This document shows, one piece after another, positions 37,556 to 48,377 of a stretch of 64,000 bases of DNA. Source of the DNA: Mayamaea pseudoterrestris (lineage: Eukaryota); the NCBI GenBank assembly GCA_027923505.1, contig BROI01000004.1, positions 620,001 to 684,000 on the forward strand, read 5' to 3'. Every line of letters begins with the position of its first letter. Positions within the stretch are counted from its first letter, which is position 1. The notes under the pieces are model-generated. The model did no database searches. It saw nothing but the letters and a program-made list of their open reading frames with translations, and was not told where the DNA came from. The position numbers were made by a program, and so were the translations under genes.

Positions 37556-38608
37556 CTATAAATGAAAGGTTCTTCTCGTCGTGTCCATTTCCTTCCTCTT
37601 GTGTATCCATTCATACTCTCCGTGTTTGGTGTCAAAGGTCCCTTCCTGCAACCACCGCAGCTTGAGCGTAAAGCGCGGTCCAAGCTCCTGCAGACGCGCC
37701 TTGACGGGCGGCTTGGCAGGTTCGTCCGACGCGGCCTGTTTGGCGGCAGCAACAGCTTCCTTTTTTAGTTCATTGAAAACGTATCGATGGTGTCGTACAA
37801 ACAAGTAGTCACGCTGGTTGTGAAACGTGATGACTTGTCGGCCCTGCAGTTCCGGATTGTGCGGAAAGATGGATGCCAGCAAACGACCCACCCGATGACC
37901 AAGTCGCGTTTCAAAGCCATGAAAGTTTAGTTCCGGAACATGCGACGTGGACGCGCCGTGGTTGGGAATCTTTTTGGAGGTGAGAATGCTAGACACTTTG
38001 AAAAAGGCAGTAGGACCAGCGAGGCACGTGTCAGCGTGCTTGCGAAGGTGAGATATCGTCAAGCCGTTGCACTGTTTGGCCTTTTCGCTCAAGACAATCA
38101 AGTGCGTAAAGTCTCGGTTGGCAGCAAACTGGCAAATTTCCTTGACGCTATATGATTTGCGAGGGTAAAAGTGCAGTTCGGGTATCAGTTGCTGCAAGTC
38201 GGCAATAAAGTAAAACAAATTCTGCGAGGGACGCGGCCGCGTCGTAATGAGCACCTTTGGAGCTTCTCCGCCAAAGTATGGCGCAAACTCGTCCGTGTCT
38301 TCGTCCTGCGTCACGTCTGGATCGTTGCGCACCATGGTGGCGTCCAAAATGCGCGTATTGTCAATCGTCTTGGGGGCAGCCTTTGGTGGAGCATCCTCTC
38401 CAAGCTCTTCCACTTGCTTGGCTCGTTGCAGACGTTGTTCCGACTTTTGTTTCTGTTTTTGCTGCAAGTACTTTCCGTACATTTCACTCCTCTTGAGCTT
38501 GTTCTTGATGTGACCAGGATTCTGGTGCTGCTTGACTTCCCTTCGTCGCGCCGTGTTGATGGGCTTTTTGCCTTTGAGAGAGGGATCGGCTGCCTTCTTC
38601 TTGACCAT
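37556..38608 (-). CDS. RPF1: Brix-domain ribosome production factor
   Basis: PKTIDNTR, PELNFHGFETRLGHRVGR, TFHNQRDYLFVRHHRY, LQELGPRFTLKL. Confidence 0.93.
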   Translation of the reverse strand: MVKKKAADPSLKGKKPINTARRREVKQHQNPGHIKNKLKRSEMYGKYLQQKQKQKSEQRLQRAKQVEELGEDAPPKAAPKTIDNTRILDATMVRNDPDVTQDEDTDEFAPYFGGEAPKVLITTRPRPSQNLFYFIADLQQLIPELHFYPRKSYSVKEICQFAANRDFTHLIVLSEKAKQCNGLTISHLRKHADTCLAGPTAFFKVSSILTSKKIPNHGASTSHVPELNFHGFETRLGHRVGRLLASIFPHNPELQGRQVITFHNQRDYLFVRHHRYVFNELKKEAVAAAKQAASDEPAKPPVKARLQELGPRFTLKLRWLQEGTFDTKHGEYEWIHKRKEMDTTRRTFHL

Positions 38609-39034
38609 GATGCTCTCTTGTTTGTAATATAATTGGTAAAGGCCAACAATGGGGCTTATTCTGGTGTGCAACAAAAGGTGGATCGGCGAACACACTGGAG
38701 TACCGTTTGATCTGTCAATGCCGTTAGCCGAACAAGGGGTATATATATATATAACTCAATGATTTACTAGGTAGTTATCTACAGAGCAGCCTAAGAGGCT
38801 TTATAGTCGCTCCCGCCATCAGTGCAATTGGATCAGCGGGGTCTTCCGGCAACCTACAATACCGGCACAATAGCGTACGTAAGAAGTCAACACCATGCTT
38901 AATAACTAGTGAAACTTAAATGGGACAGTAACAGGGAGGCGGCCACCTACGCAGCTCCACGCACAATAGCACGTTTCCTCCAAGCACCATCAACACTCTC
39001 AATTCCACCAACATACCAAGCACACACGAAATCT

Positions 39035-39844
39035 TTAAATCTGCTTCTTGGACAAAAAGTCGGTATGCTCCTGGTACGGACTCGCCAAAAGCGCCGTCTC
39101 CTTCCACAACTCGGGCGACAAGTATCCGTAGGTGGCGCGGAGCGCGTAGAAAATGGCCTTGATAAAGTTACCCATGGTGCGCGTGTGACCGCAGGCGCTC
39201 GAGTAGCAGTCGTCAATGCCGGCCATGTGCATCAGCTTCTTGCCGGCTGGCGAGGACACCAAGCCGGTACCACGCGGCGCCGGAATGAGGCGGACGCGGA
39301 CGGAGCCGCACTTGCCAGTGACCTTGCATGGAACTGTATGGGGAAGTCCCTGACGACGTCCCCAGAATCCGCGGCGGACCGGAGCCACGTTGAGCTTGGC
39401 GGCGGTAATGGCGCCGCGAATGGCATTGGCGACTTCACTGCTGCACTTGACGCCGAGACCAATGTGTCCGTTGGTGTCGCCAATGGCGACGAAGGCCTTG
39501 AAGCGAGTGCGCTGACCGGCGCTCGACTGCTTCTGCACCGGCATGATCTTCATAACCTCATCAACCAACTTGTCCTTGAGGAAAAAGTCAATGATTTCAG
39601 CCTCCTTGACGGGAAGTGAAAAGAGAAAAATCTCTTCGAGCGAACCAATCTTGCCATCCTTGACCAAGCGGCCGAGCTTGGTGACGGGGACCCAAACATT
39701 TTCCTCGCGGCCGCCGCCACCGGCGCGGGCTCCGGCACCGCCACGGCCCCGGCCGCGGCCACGACCTCCACCGCGGCCGCCGCCGCGACCGAATCCGCCG
39801 CGGCCTTCACCGCGTCCCTGCTCTCCTCGTGCTGCGTCCGACAT
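39035..39844 (-). CDS. RPS2: 40S ribosomal protein S2 (uS5)
   Basis: RG-rich N-terminus, [37 protein letters not shown]. Confidence 0.98.
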   Translation of the reverse strand: MSDAARGEQGRGEGRGGFGRGGGRGGGRGRGRGRGGAGARAGGGGREENVWVPVTKLGRLVKDGKIGSLEEIFLFSLPVKEAEIIDFFLKDKLVDEVMKIMPVQKQSSAGQRTRFKAFVAIGDTNGHIGLGVKCSSEVANAIRGAITAAKLNVAPVRRGFWGRRQGLPHTVPCKVTGKCGSVRVRLIPAPRGTGLVSSPAGKKLMHMAGIDDCYSSACGHTRTMGNFIKAIFYALRATYGYLSPELWKETALLASPYQEHTDFLSKKQI

Positions 39845-39974
39845 GATGTTGTTATGCTGTCGAAAAGTTGTGAGCAAAATTTTTGCGGTTGCAGTGAGCC
39901 TGCCGATAAGTAAGAGCGGTAAGAGGCAAATTCACTCGCGTCGTAGCGGGACTACCATGTGATACCTGTACGAC

Positions 39975-41340
39975 AACGCGGAGCTATGCAGGTAATGTAA
40001 AACACATTCGCGGCGCGGGGAGGTGGTAGGATCAACGGTTTAACATGGAGCAATGGCTGTCGCGCGCTTCGCGCGCACTAACACCCTCAGTCAATGTGAA
40101 CGCCCTAGTGAGGATGCAGGTTGCACTGATATTAAATGAATCATGCAAAGCTATGACTTATAGCTGCATGGGTGAAGTGTGCAGATAAAGGCTTTAGCAC
40201 GCTTTGCACGCAAATTAAGTAAGAAAAGAAATACAAAGCCAATTCAACGACATGTACCGTAGTATTGCGTTGTAGTTATATGTTGCTAATGGTATGAGAT
40301 GATGTATGATAGCAGAGCGGGGAGGTACGATCAATAGATTAAAAGAAAGCTATGACTTTTTTGCGCGCTTTGCGCGCGCAAACAACCATAGCCTAGTGGA
40401 TTATAATATCCAAGGGGGCAAAGGCTTCTGCGCACTTTGCGCAAGCAAACATCACCAGTCATTGGAGTCGCAACAGTAAGGTTTGGGGTCATAACAAACC
40501 CAGATGGGATCAATAAAGCTGTGGACACGTTATGGTATAGGTTGTAAAGATGGAATTGCAGACAGGAGAAATTGATAATGGTATACTCTGTACGCTTGAG
40601 ATTGCCATGCAACAACTCAAAGCAAGCTACCGGTAGATAATGTCGCACAGAGATACGGTCATTCAAGGTCATTGTAGACACACGGGTGTGAGAACGTCAT
40701 CATGTCATTGTGGCAGTGCAATTAATCTCGTGGAGCATGTCCGGAGAGATCCTACCACTAACACATTCGCGGGGCGGGGAGGTGGTAGGATCAATGGTTT
40801 CACAACGCTTGCAAAGACTTTTGCGCGCTCCGCGCGCACAAACACTGCTAAGTAGTAGATACAGTCAAATTGACACTGGCATTCAAAGCAACCATTTGAT
40901 GGCTTGATGCCAACAATTCTGTCTATATAGAACACAAGGAGAAGCGAGATATACCGGTAGCAGTAAATGAGTGTATAACTCTTTGAGAGCATACTCCTAA
41001 CAGTAAAGTAAGGCAATGCGTTTTGGGATAGCTAACACGGTCATTGTGAGGGTCATTGCATGCGCCAAAAGCGAAACGTCATGCAGTCGCAATGGCAGCC
41101 CTTCCAAACACATTCGCGGAGCGGGGAGGTGGTAGGATCAACGCTTTTTAGGAAGCAGTGGCATTCGCGCGCTTCGCGCGCGCAAACATTGCCAAACCTT
41201 AGAGATGTCGCAGAACGACACGGTCATTGTGAGAGTCATTGAGTGCAAACGTCATAGAGTCGTAGTGGCAGCCCTTCCAATTAATGTCGTGAAGCATGTT
41301 CGGATAGATCCTACCACAATAATGGCAAACATTATGCGGC
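39975..41340. repeat. Degenerate modular repeat cluster with hairpins
   Basis: AACACATTCGCGGNGCGGGGAGGTGGTAGGATCAA...GCGCGC-NNN-GCGCGC...AACA at ~40001, 40317 (partial), 40760 and 41107. A second module, CGGTCATT...AACGTCAT...GGCAG, at ~40656, 41038 and 41221. Confidence 0.85.
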
Positions 41341-41762
41341 GGCAAGTGTGTCTGTAGATGAGACTGGTCCGCTGTTAAGCCTTCTTTTACTTCAGTGTAT
41401 TGCCGCAATCCAGCGCGAAACATCGCATGCACGCATTGGCGTTGCTGCAAATGGCTCGGCTTGCAGTTCGGCACCAATAACTGAAAGCAGCAGTGGGCAA
41501 AATTAACCTGCAATGGTGAGCCAGAGATTGAGTATGACCCGGGAAGGTTGCAACTGTTCATGTATTCGGCGACGGATGGAGTCTTGGATCTGATTAGGAT
41601 GCCCAAACTGACCTAAAAAGTGCGATCGGCCTTGACTACTGTTAACTCGCAGCTCCAAACATCGTCCGTTCGTTGATGTTCGCAACATTATCTTGAATTG
41701 CAAGCAGCAATGGAATTGATTCGCCCAGGTATCGCGATGACATGGCCATTGCAATGGTCAAG

Positions 41763-43139
41763 TTATGAGATTCTCGCAACGACAATGCTAATATCGTCTC
41801 GATATGTACCTCCAGATGAGACGGCCCATTGGCGGACCGCAGAATCTATCAAGCTTTGACCAGCTGATGTCAAGTCTTGCATACCATTGCTAAATATAGC
41901 ACTTCCCACTGCCTTCGCAATAGTATCAACAGACACAAAGTCAACGAGCCCATCGCTCGCTGCCACGCAAAACATGTTGGCTTGTATTGGCACCGACACA
42001 ATGGACGGTTCCGCCGTTAGCAGTTTCGCCTCCTTGCCCTCCTGGTCGCCAAAGCATCGACTCATGGCGAGCGCCGTCGTGACGCCGAAATTGTGCGTGG
42101 GAATGACCACGCGCGAACTGGCACCGTTGGCGCGCTCCAACGCGGATGGTAACAAGACGGAGCCTCCGTGCGACTCGATGCGTGCGCGCTCTTTCGGATC
42201 GCTTGGTTTGTGTTGGACGGCTTGTAGTATAATTTTAGTAGTTAATCCTGCTGGTGTTGACAACAGCGAGTGCTTGTGTTGTGATGGATTGTAGGTTGCA
42301 CAAAAGGCGGTCGAGTCACCCACTGACGCTAGATGGACGTGATGATCATTTTGATACATGATCACAGCCGTCGTTCCTCCTTCCTGCACGTTTGACACTG
42401 CGCCTCGATCAATGTTCAGAAAGGCTTGCTGGAATATAGTGTCAACGTCGTAGTGCCAGCTGCCACCGTGTTCGAATCGATGAAACAATTCAAACGGTAG
42501 CTCCAACATGACTGCTTCACTCGCGTAATGCCCCAGCTCGCCATGTCCGTCAAAGAGTGCCATTAGCTTGTGATTGTTGCTCGTCGAGTGAATGAACATG
42601 CTTCGATCCTGATTGGGCAAGCTTGATGGCGGCTGCTGCGGCAAGTCCCAGTCTAACATGAATCTAGACGCCAACAACGAGCTCTTGTCGCCTGTTTTGG
42701 TCAGCAGCAAAAAGTCGTTGTGATTCGTCACGGGTGGAAAGTGTATGGAACACGAGCTATGCGACGTGATTTCGTTGCTTGTCTCTCCGCCATCATTGAG
42801 GGGTCGTTGTTGACAAGTCGATATATCCGTTTGAAAGCGAAAGGACCCCGTCAAATTCCTTGCCATGAAAAAGCCGTTTTCCAAAACCGCCATGGCCATG
42901 AGACTTGCAATTGATCGCGGCAAGAAGGAATCTGACAGCGAGACTGGTCGAGCAGTCGCTGCTGCTGCAACTGATACATGATGGTTGAGCAAAGTGCTTG
43001 ACGTCGCAGCTCCTTCCTGTCGAATCACCACCAACACCAAACAGCAAGCCAAGGATGTGATTACAACCACCAAGCATTTTAAAATGGAACAACGATGTAA
43101 TGACATGCTAGAGCCTTTGGGCTTGGAGATTCGAGGCAT
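41763..43139 (-). CDS. PP2C/PPM phosphatase with an N-terminal membrane anchor
   Basis: NQDR, LFDGHG, GTTAV, VGDS, HKP, LAMSRCFGD, ASDGL and DDISI motifs. Confidence 0.9.
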   Translation of the reverse strand: MPRISKPKGSSMSLHRCSILKCLVVVITSLACCLVLVVIRQEGAATSSTLLNHHVSVAAAATARPVSLSDSFLPRSIASLMAMAVLENGFFMARNLTGSFRFQTDISTCQQRPLNDGGETSNEITSHSSCSIHFPPVTNHNDFLLLTKTGDKSSLLASRFMLDWDLPQQPPSSLPNQDRSMFIHSTSNNHKLMALFDGHGELGHYASEAVMLELPFELFHRFEHGGSWHYDVDTIFQQAFLNIDRGAVSNVQEGGTTAVIMYQNDHHVHLASVGDSTAFCATYNPSQHKHSLLSTPAGLTTKIILQAVQHKPSDPKERARIESHGGSVLLPSALERANGASSRVVIPTHNFGVTTALAMSRCFGDQEGKEAKLLTAEPSIVSVPIQANMFCVAASDGLVDFVSVDTIAKAVGSAIFSNGMQDLTSAGQSLIDSAVRQWAVSSGGTYRDDISIVVARIS

Positions 43140-43350
43140 GATGCAGGCTTGGAAATGGCGTCGAAAGAATGAAACCGCGACGGCGCGCGCAAATTTAAAT
43201 ATGTCGCTGCGGTACTCAAACGTGACGTGAATGACCGCGCGCAAGTGTGACCATGGACGAGCACAAGATTCCTTGGCACGTTGCCGCTCATTGATTCGTC
43301 AACGAAAAGGCGAGGGGTTGCGAGACTCTAGTCATCGCTTGCAGCAGATC

Positions 43351-44762
43351 ATGCTTGCGCAACGGACGTGCTGCTTGCTCGTATATGTCTTGTACATTAT
43401 CACGTCGGCAACAGTCATTCATGCATCATCCACCGACAGCACCACAGACTTGTACAAACTCCTCGGCGTCACTCGCAAGGCCACCATTCAGGAAATCAAG
43501 TCGGCCTATCGGCGCAAGGCGCGCGACACGCACCCCGACAAGAACCAAAGCGTTCCAGCGCAGCAAGCGGCCGAGCAGTTTCGCCAAGTCGTTCATGCGT
43601 TTGAAATACTCAGTGACGCCACCAGTCGAAGGCGCTACGATCAAACTGGTAAACAGGATCCATCTAGTAGCAATAACAATAATAATAGTGGAAACAGCTG
43701 GAGCAACTGGCAGTGGTCAGGACAGCGAGGAGGCGGCAGTGCCCACTTTTACTGGAACGTGCGGCCCGCGCTCAAGGATCGCTTCGATGTGCAGGAGGCC
43801 ATGTCGCGAGTCTTGCATGTTGTCTCGCTGGAGCAGCTCAAGCTCATCATGCTGGACCATGACGACTTGCTGGAGCGCAACATTTTGATTTGTGCCTACA
43901 CGCCGCCGTTGGAAAAGCTAGTGGATGAAGACTTGGTGTGTATTTTAACAGCAAGAAGGTGTGTATATGCGATTACAGCTCTGACTAATTCGTCTTCCTT
44001 TAGGTGTTTCCATATCCATTCGCCGCCATGTCAGCTCAAGGGATTTGGTGGGAAGACTTGCTCCAAACTGTCAAGATTCGCTACCACAAGTCCAATGAAC
44101 TTTCCAAATTCTTCCAGCTACCAACCGGCGACGACCTTTCCAAATCTGGCGCTCCCATTTTTCTGTACGGCAAAAAGGGCGAACCACTGGATCGCATGAA
44201 GCAGCTGCAAACGGCAAACAGAGCAACGTTTGAATCATGGGCCTGGGAGCAAATGCAAGTCACCGTTACCTTTGTCAATCGACACGACCACACGGTGGAA
44301 CTATACTGGATACACGGCACGCGAGCCACCACCAGAGCCGATTTACCAGCGGGACATGAAATCGAGTTGACAAGCATGCTGACGCACGAGTGGTACATTC
44401 GCGACAAGCGCGTCGACGCGCGGCCTGATTCGCCTGGAAACTATCGGTTGACAACCGAGTCGAGCCTTTTGACGCTCAAGATTGGCGTCGAGGGCGGTCC
44501 AAAGATACGAGACGATTGGACAACCACTGTCATTATTCCGAAACGTACATGCTTTGATTTGTCAGGACATTGCTTGTTTTGGAGTAGCCACAACGAGTGC
44601 GAACGGAACCCAAACTTTATGTTCGAGCAGTGTCGATTGACCTGTAAGCTCTGTGAAAGCGACGAGAGAACCGAATTCGACGACGAACACGACGATCAAG
44701 CCGGGGAACAGAATATTGCGGATGATGACAACAACGAGACAAGAAACAATGACGAGTTATGA
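43351..44762 (+). CDS. ER J-domain protein with VHL-beta-like and ShKT domains; exons 43351-43935 and 44004-44762
   Basis: Signal peptide; J domain with HPD; VTFVNRHDHTVELYWI...HEWYIRD; CFDLSGHCLFW...CERNPNFMFEQCRLTCKLC; C-terminal NDEL. Intron 43936-44003 splices in frame. Confidence 0.85.
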
Positions 44763-46673
44763 TTGTTTAGGGACTGACTCAGTAGACTTTTGGGATTGAA
44801 TAAAGTCATGCCAATAGTTGGCGCTCCACTTTTGGTTCAAAGGCTCCTGCGCGTGATACTTTTGCTGCCCATTTATAGATCGAAGCTCGGTACACCCGAT
44901 GCAAAGTCTGTTCTTGATGCGCTGCCGCACTGGCCGAGGCAAGGTCAAGTATTCATCACTAGCGAACCGGTCACCGACGACTGGATACCCATGGATCTTT
45001 CGCAAACAGTAGCATAACGCACTTGTCATTCCGGAAGCAGTCGAAGATGTAGTAATCGATAGCGTCGAGAGCGGAATGCCATTAGACTTTTCCAGTAGCA
45101 TGACTCTTGCCGTTGCTGTGCAACGTTTTTCGCCGGTGCTTGGATCCATCGCCGGTTTCTTCCAGCGCCGCGCCGCATCGACCGGGACATTGATTGTAAA
45201 TTCATTGAGCCAGCTGTCCGGAACCGCACCGTGCACGAGAACGGAGAAACCAAGTTCAATTATAACGTCACTTTGTTCCGCAGATTGTTTTTGCAGCAAA
45301 ACAAGTCCGCTGCATCCGCGATCGAGTTTGGTCAATGACACGTAGTCTTCGTTCGCATGCATGGAATTGTAAACGCTTTCCAAACTGTTCGCGTCAAATG
45401 CACCGGATGTCCTCATGCCCACTGGTTTCCAAAGGACGACGCGACCATGCGACCATGCGGCAACTTGACGAATCTTGCAATCACTCAACGATACGACGGG
45501 TCGAGCGACTGTTGTGGCTGTTGTTTCGTCAACCTCCGCTTCACTAATACGAACGACATGATGGCGCAGCAGAATGCGGCTCGCGTCCGTGGCGACGCAC
45601 TCATTCACCAAGACGCTGCCACGGTGAATGATATGTTCGCATGTTCGCTTGGACCCTGCCTGCATGACGTTTTGGAGGAACCAACGTAGTCGCTTGCGTT
45701 CGTGTTCCATTGAAACGGTTGTACATTGCTGGGTACTGCAAATAGAGTCCGTGGAAGGATTAGCATGTTCGACCGACGGGCTAACTTTATTTGCTGGTTG
45801 ATCCGTCGTCGTCGCAACAGTGTGTGCCAATGTCAATGGTATTGACTCTTGCACCGCAATCGCCGGTGGCCGAGCGGGTTGGCGCAAGTGAACGTTCAAC
45901 TGCTCCTCAGATTTAAACGTTTTTGCGCAAACATTGCAGCTGATAGTACTAGAAGCTTGCACTTGAATGGCAGACAACGCAGTCGACTCACTATTCGTCA
46001 TTGGCTGTATAAAGTAATGCTTGGACGCGCTGACGTTCATGCTCCGCGCCTCGTGTCCCCGCTGCGGAAAGGTGAGCTGGTGACGATAGCCGTAGTTGCT
46101 CAACCAATGTTTCGAACCAAACTTGCCGCTGCGGTAGCGGCGGGGCGCCTTGGTGACTGGTTCGTTGGCAATGAATTGCGAAAAAATGGGACGCGAGGCG
46201 GAAAATGAGTCGGTTATGGTCACACCGAGTCTTTCACACGTTTCGCGCAGTCGCCACGCGTATTCCTGGTTGTTGCACAAGCACAAGTGGACGCATCCAT
46301 TCGGTTTGAGCAATGCAAGAGCCGAATATATGTAGTGACTCATCAGTGTCGTGTGTTGCTGCACGTGCTCGTGCTCATCTTGGTCGTATGATCCTAAATG
46401 GGGATGGTGAAACATGATTATATTGAAACGATCCTGCTCTTTTTCGACAACAATTTGCTCATGCAGCAATGTTGCATCCACACTGTATTTGATTTCGCTT
46501 GATCCTAGTAGTAATTCGTTAAAATTTGATGCCGCTTCCTGGTAAGTGGCTTGCAGCTCGGACGGAGACAGCAACGTTGACGCCACGAGCTCGACTTGAC
46601 TGCCGTAGGCGCGCTGCAGAGCGAGGGAGCAAGACAAGTCGCCGTCGCCGACGGTCAGTATGCGAAAGGGCAT
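44757..46673 (-). CDS. Bmt5-like (DUF2431) methyltransferase + C2H2 finger + S4 + RluA-family pseudouridine synthase-like fusion
   Basis: ILTVGDGDLSCSLAL, VDAT and IMFHHPHLG; CNVCAKTFKSEEQLNVH; S4-like SKRTCEHIIHRGSVLVN; WKPVGM, KLDRGCSGLVL and GYPVVGD. Confidence 0.75.
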   Translation of the reverse strand: MPFRILTVGDGDLSCSLALQRAYGSQVELVASTLLSPSELQATYQEAASNFNELLLGSSEIKYSVDATLLHEQIVVEKEQDRFNIIMFHHPHLGSYDQDEHEHVQQHTTLMSHYIYSALALLKPNGCVHLCLCNNQEYAWRLRETCERLGVTITDSFSASRPIFSQFIANEPVTKAPRRYRSGKFGSKHWLSNYGYRHQLTFPQRGHEARSMNVSASKHYFIQPMTNSESTALSAIQVQASSTISCNVCAKTFKSEEQLNVHLRQPARPPAIAVQESIPLTLAHTVATTTDQPANKVSPSVEHANPSTDSICSTQQCTTVSMEHERKRLRWFLQNVMQAGSKRTCEHIIHRGSVLVNECVATDASRILLRHHVVRISEAEVDETTATTVARPVVSLSDCKIRQVAAWSHGRVVLWKPVGMRTSGAFDANSLESVYNSMHANEDYVSLTKLDRGCSGLVLLQKQSAEQSDVIIELGFSVLVHGAVPDSWLNEFTINVPVDAARRWKKPAMDPSTGEKRCTATARVMLLEKSNGIPLSTLSITTSSTASGMTSALCYCLRKIHGYPVVGDRFASDEYLTLPRPVRQRIKNRLCIGCTELRSINGQQKYHAQEPLNQKWSANYWHDFIQSQKSTESVPKQS

Positions 46674-46886
46674 TTTATACTGATATTTTGGATACAGTAT
46701 GAAGATAGAGGTGCTGCTGCTGTTGCTTGTGGGCAAGCGAATCATGTTTGCAGAAACGTCAATGGCGGTGCGGTTCATCATCGCCAAATCATGTCGCAGC
46801 GCCACTACTGTAAGGCGACCGTTGCGTTTTGAAACCAGCGATCGCTCCGACCTCTTGTGGCATCAAAACAACATTGCAAGTCCAAA

Positions 46887-47915
46887 ATGAAGGCCTTTCT
46901 CGCCGCATCTAGCTTGATTGTGCTACTATCTGTACTCTACTATACACTGGATCAAAGACAGATTTATGAATTATTGGACTGGAAGAATGCCGTTTCCAAA
47001 TCAAAGCAAACGGAGCTGTCGTTGGTAGAAGAGGGAGAAGAGGTACAGCACCATGACGAGGAATTGGATTGGCAACCGCCAATAAACTCCAGCGAAACGT
47101 TTTCGCACCTTGCTCCCGTGTCATCTCAAGTCAGCAATACCAGCACACCACTGTTTTGGCACGTGGTCAAGTCGGGCGGCACCTCCATGAAGGCGTTTGG
47201 ATCCTGTCTGCGACTCGTCGTGGCCGGCCAAAAGGGATCGCAAAAGGAATCATCGTTGGAAGTAATGGTCAAGAGTGGATCCCCGTTTGTCAATGTCAAT
47301 GCATGCACGTTACCAGGCTTAAGGAAAGCGCACGATCTTGGATTCGCGCAGTCGCAGCCGGCCCAAGTCATTTACTCGCCCTTTTTGCGAGACGCCATTC
47401 AGTTGCTGTTCGACGAAACGCACCAGGCGCGCGTCTTTGCGCTGCTGCGGCATCCGGTGGATCGGGTTGTTTCGCTCTTTTACTACCTGCAGCACGCGAC
47501 GTGGGAGAAAACGTACGATCCGAGTTTGAAGAATATGACGCTGCTGGAGTATGCGAACGAGTATCCTTCCGATAACACGTTGGTTCGGATACTCACCAAC
47601 AATGGTGTCGCCAAACTCACCAACGACGACTTGCAACTGGCAAAGTACTACTTGTCGCAATACGTACTGGTTGGATTGACGAACCGCGTCGACGAAAGTG
47701 TCGACCGCTTCGGCCAGGCCTTTGGGTGGCGCAGCAGCGCACGATGGAACCACTGTCGGACGCGCGCGAAAAAGGGCCAGAATCGCTACGAGCATCCGCA
47801 ACTGACCGATCAGGATGAAGCGTATCGAGTCTTGGCAAACAAGCATGCGTACGACATTGAGCTCTACGAGTATGCGGAGCAGCTGTTTGAGGAGCAAAAA
47901 GTCATGTTTCAGTAG
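46887..47915 (+). CDS. Type II membrane sulfotransferase (diatom-expanded family)
   Basis: PAPS motifs FWHVVKSGGTS and LRHPVDRVVS; N-terminal TM; DIELY. Confidence 0.88.
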   Translation: MKAFLAASSLIVLLSVLYYTLDQRQIYELLDWKNAVSKSKQTELSLVEEGEEVQHHDEELDWQPPINSSETFSHLAPVSSQVSNTSTPLFWHVVKSGGTSMKAFGSCLRLVVAGQKGSQKESSLEVMVKSGSPFVNVNACTLPGLRKAHDLGFAQSQPAQVIYSPFLRDAIQLLFDETHQARVFALLRHPVDRVVSLFYYLQHATWEKTYDPSLKNMTLLEYANEYPSDNTLVRILTNNGVAKLTNDDLQLAKYYLSQYVLVGLTNRVDESVDRFGQAFGWRSSARWNHCRTRAKKGQNRYEHPQLTDQDEAYRVLANKHAYDIELYEYAEQLFEEQKVMFQ

Positions 47916-48377
47916 GTTTTCGAACTTAGCTAGGGTATATCGCGATTTTGCAATGTTGCGGATCAGGCGCGCATGGCACTTTGATGCACGCAACGATTGG
48001 TGGATGAGGCGTGCATGTGTGCCATAGTTTTGAATTAGCCTGGTGCTTCCGCCGAGCACAATTTGAGCCATTTCGCGTGCACCGATGAGTACTGAGTTAT
48101 ATCATGTATAACGTTACATTGATTAAGTTGCATGCATTAAATGTTTCTTCTTTTACTTATGACTTTTGTGTATGATACTTATTCGTTCGTTTCAAGCAAA
48201 TGTTGCGTCGTACAGTTCAAACAATTCCAGACCTTGTCTGCTGGTAAGCTTCAAGACTGTTGCAAGCTCCCTAATTGGAGACAACCCAGTTGGCTAAAGA
48301 GCAATCTACTCCCTCATAGAGTTGGCTTAATATGGGGTCTAACGCAAGGAGAAGCTGGTGAAGACTAAAAAATGGTG

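Noticed and set aside
38909..39962. Long antisense ORFs over RPS2 (and similar shadow ORFs elsewhere)
   Set aside because: Explained by codon bias of the real gene on the opposite strand; no motifs.
39975..41340. CRISPR-like or H/ACA snoRNA cluster interpretation of the RPS2-upstream repeats
   Set aside because: Linkers are diverged homologs, spacing is irregular, and the hairpins before ACA are too short for pseudouridylation pockets.
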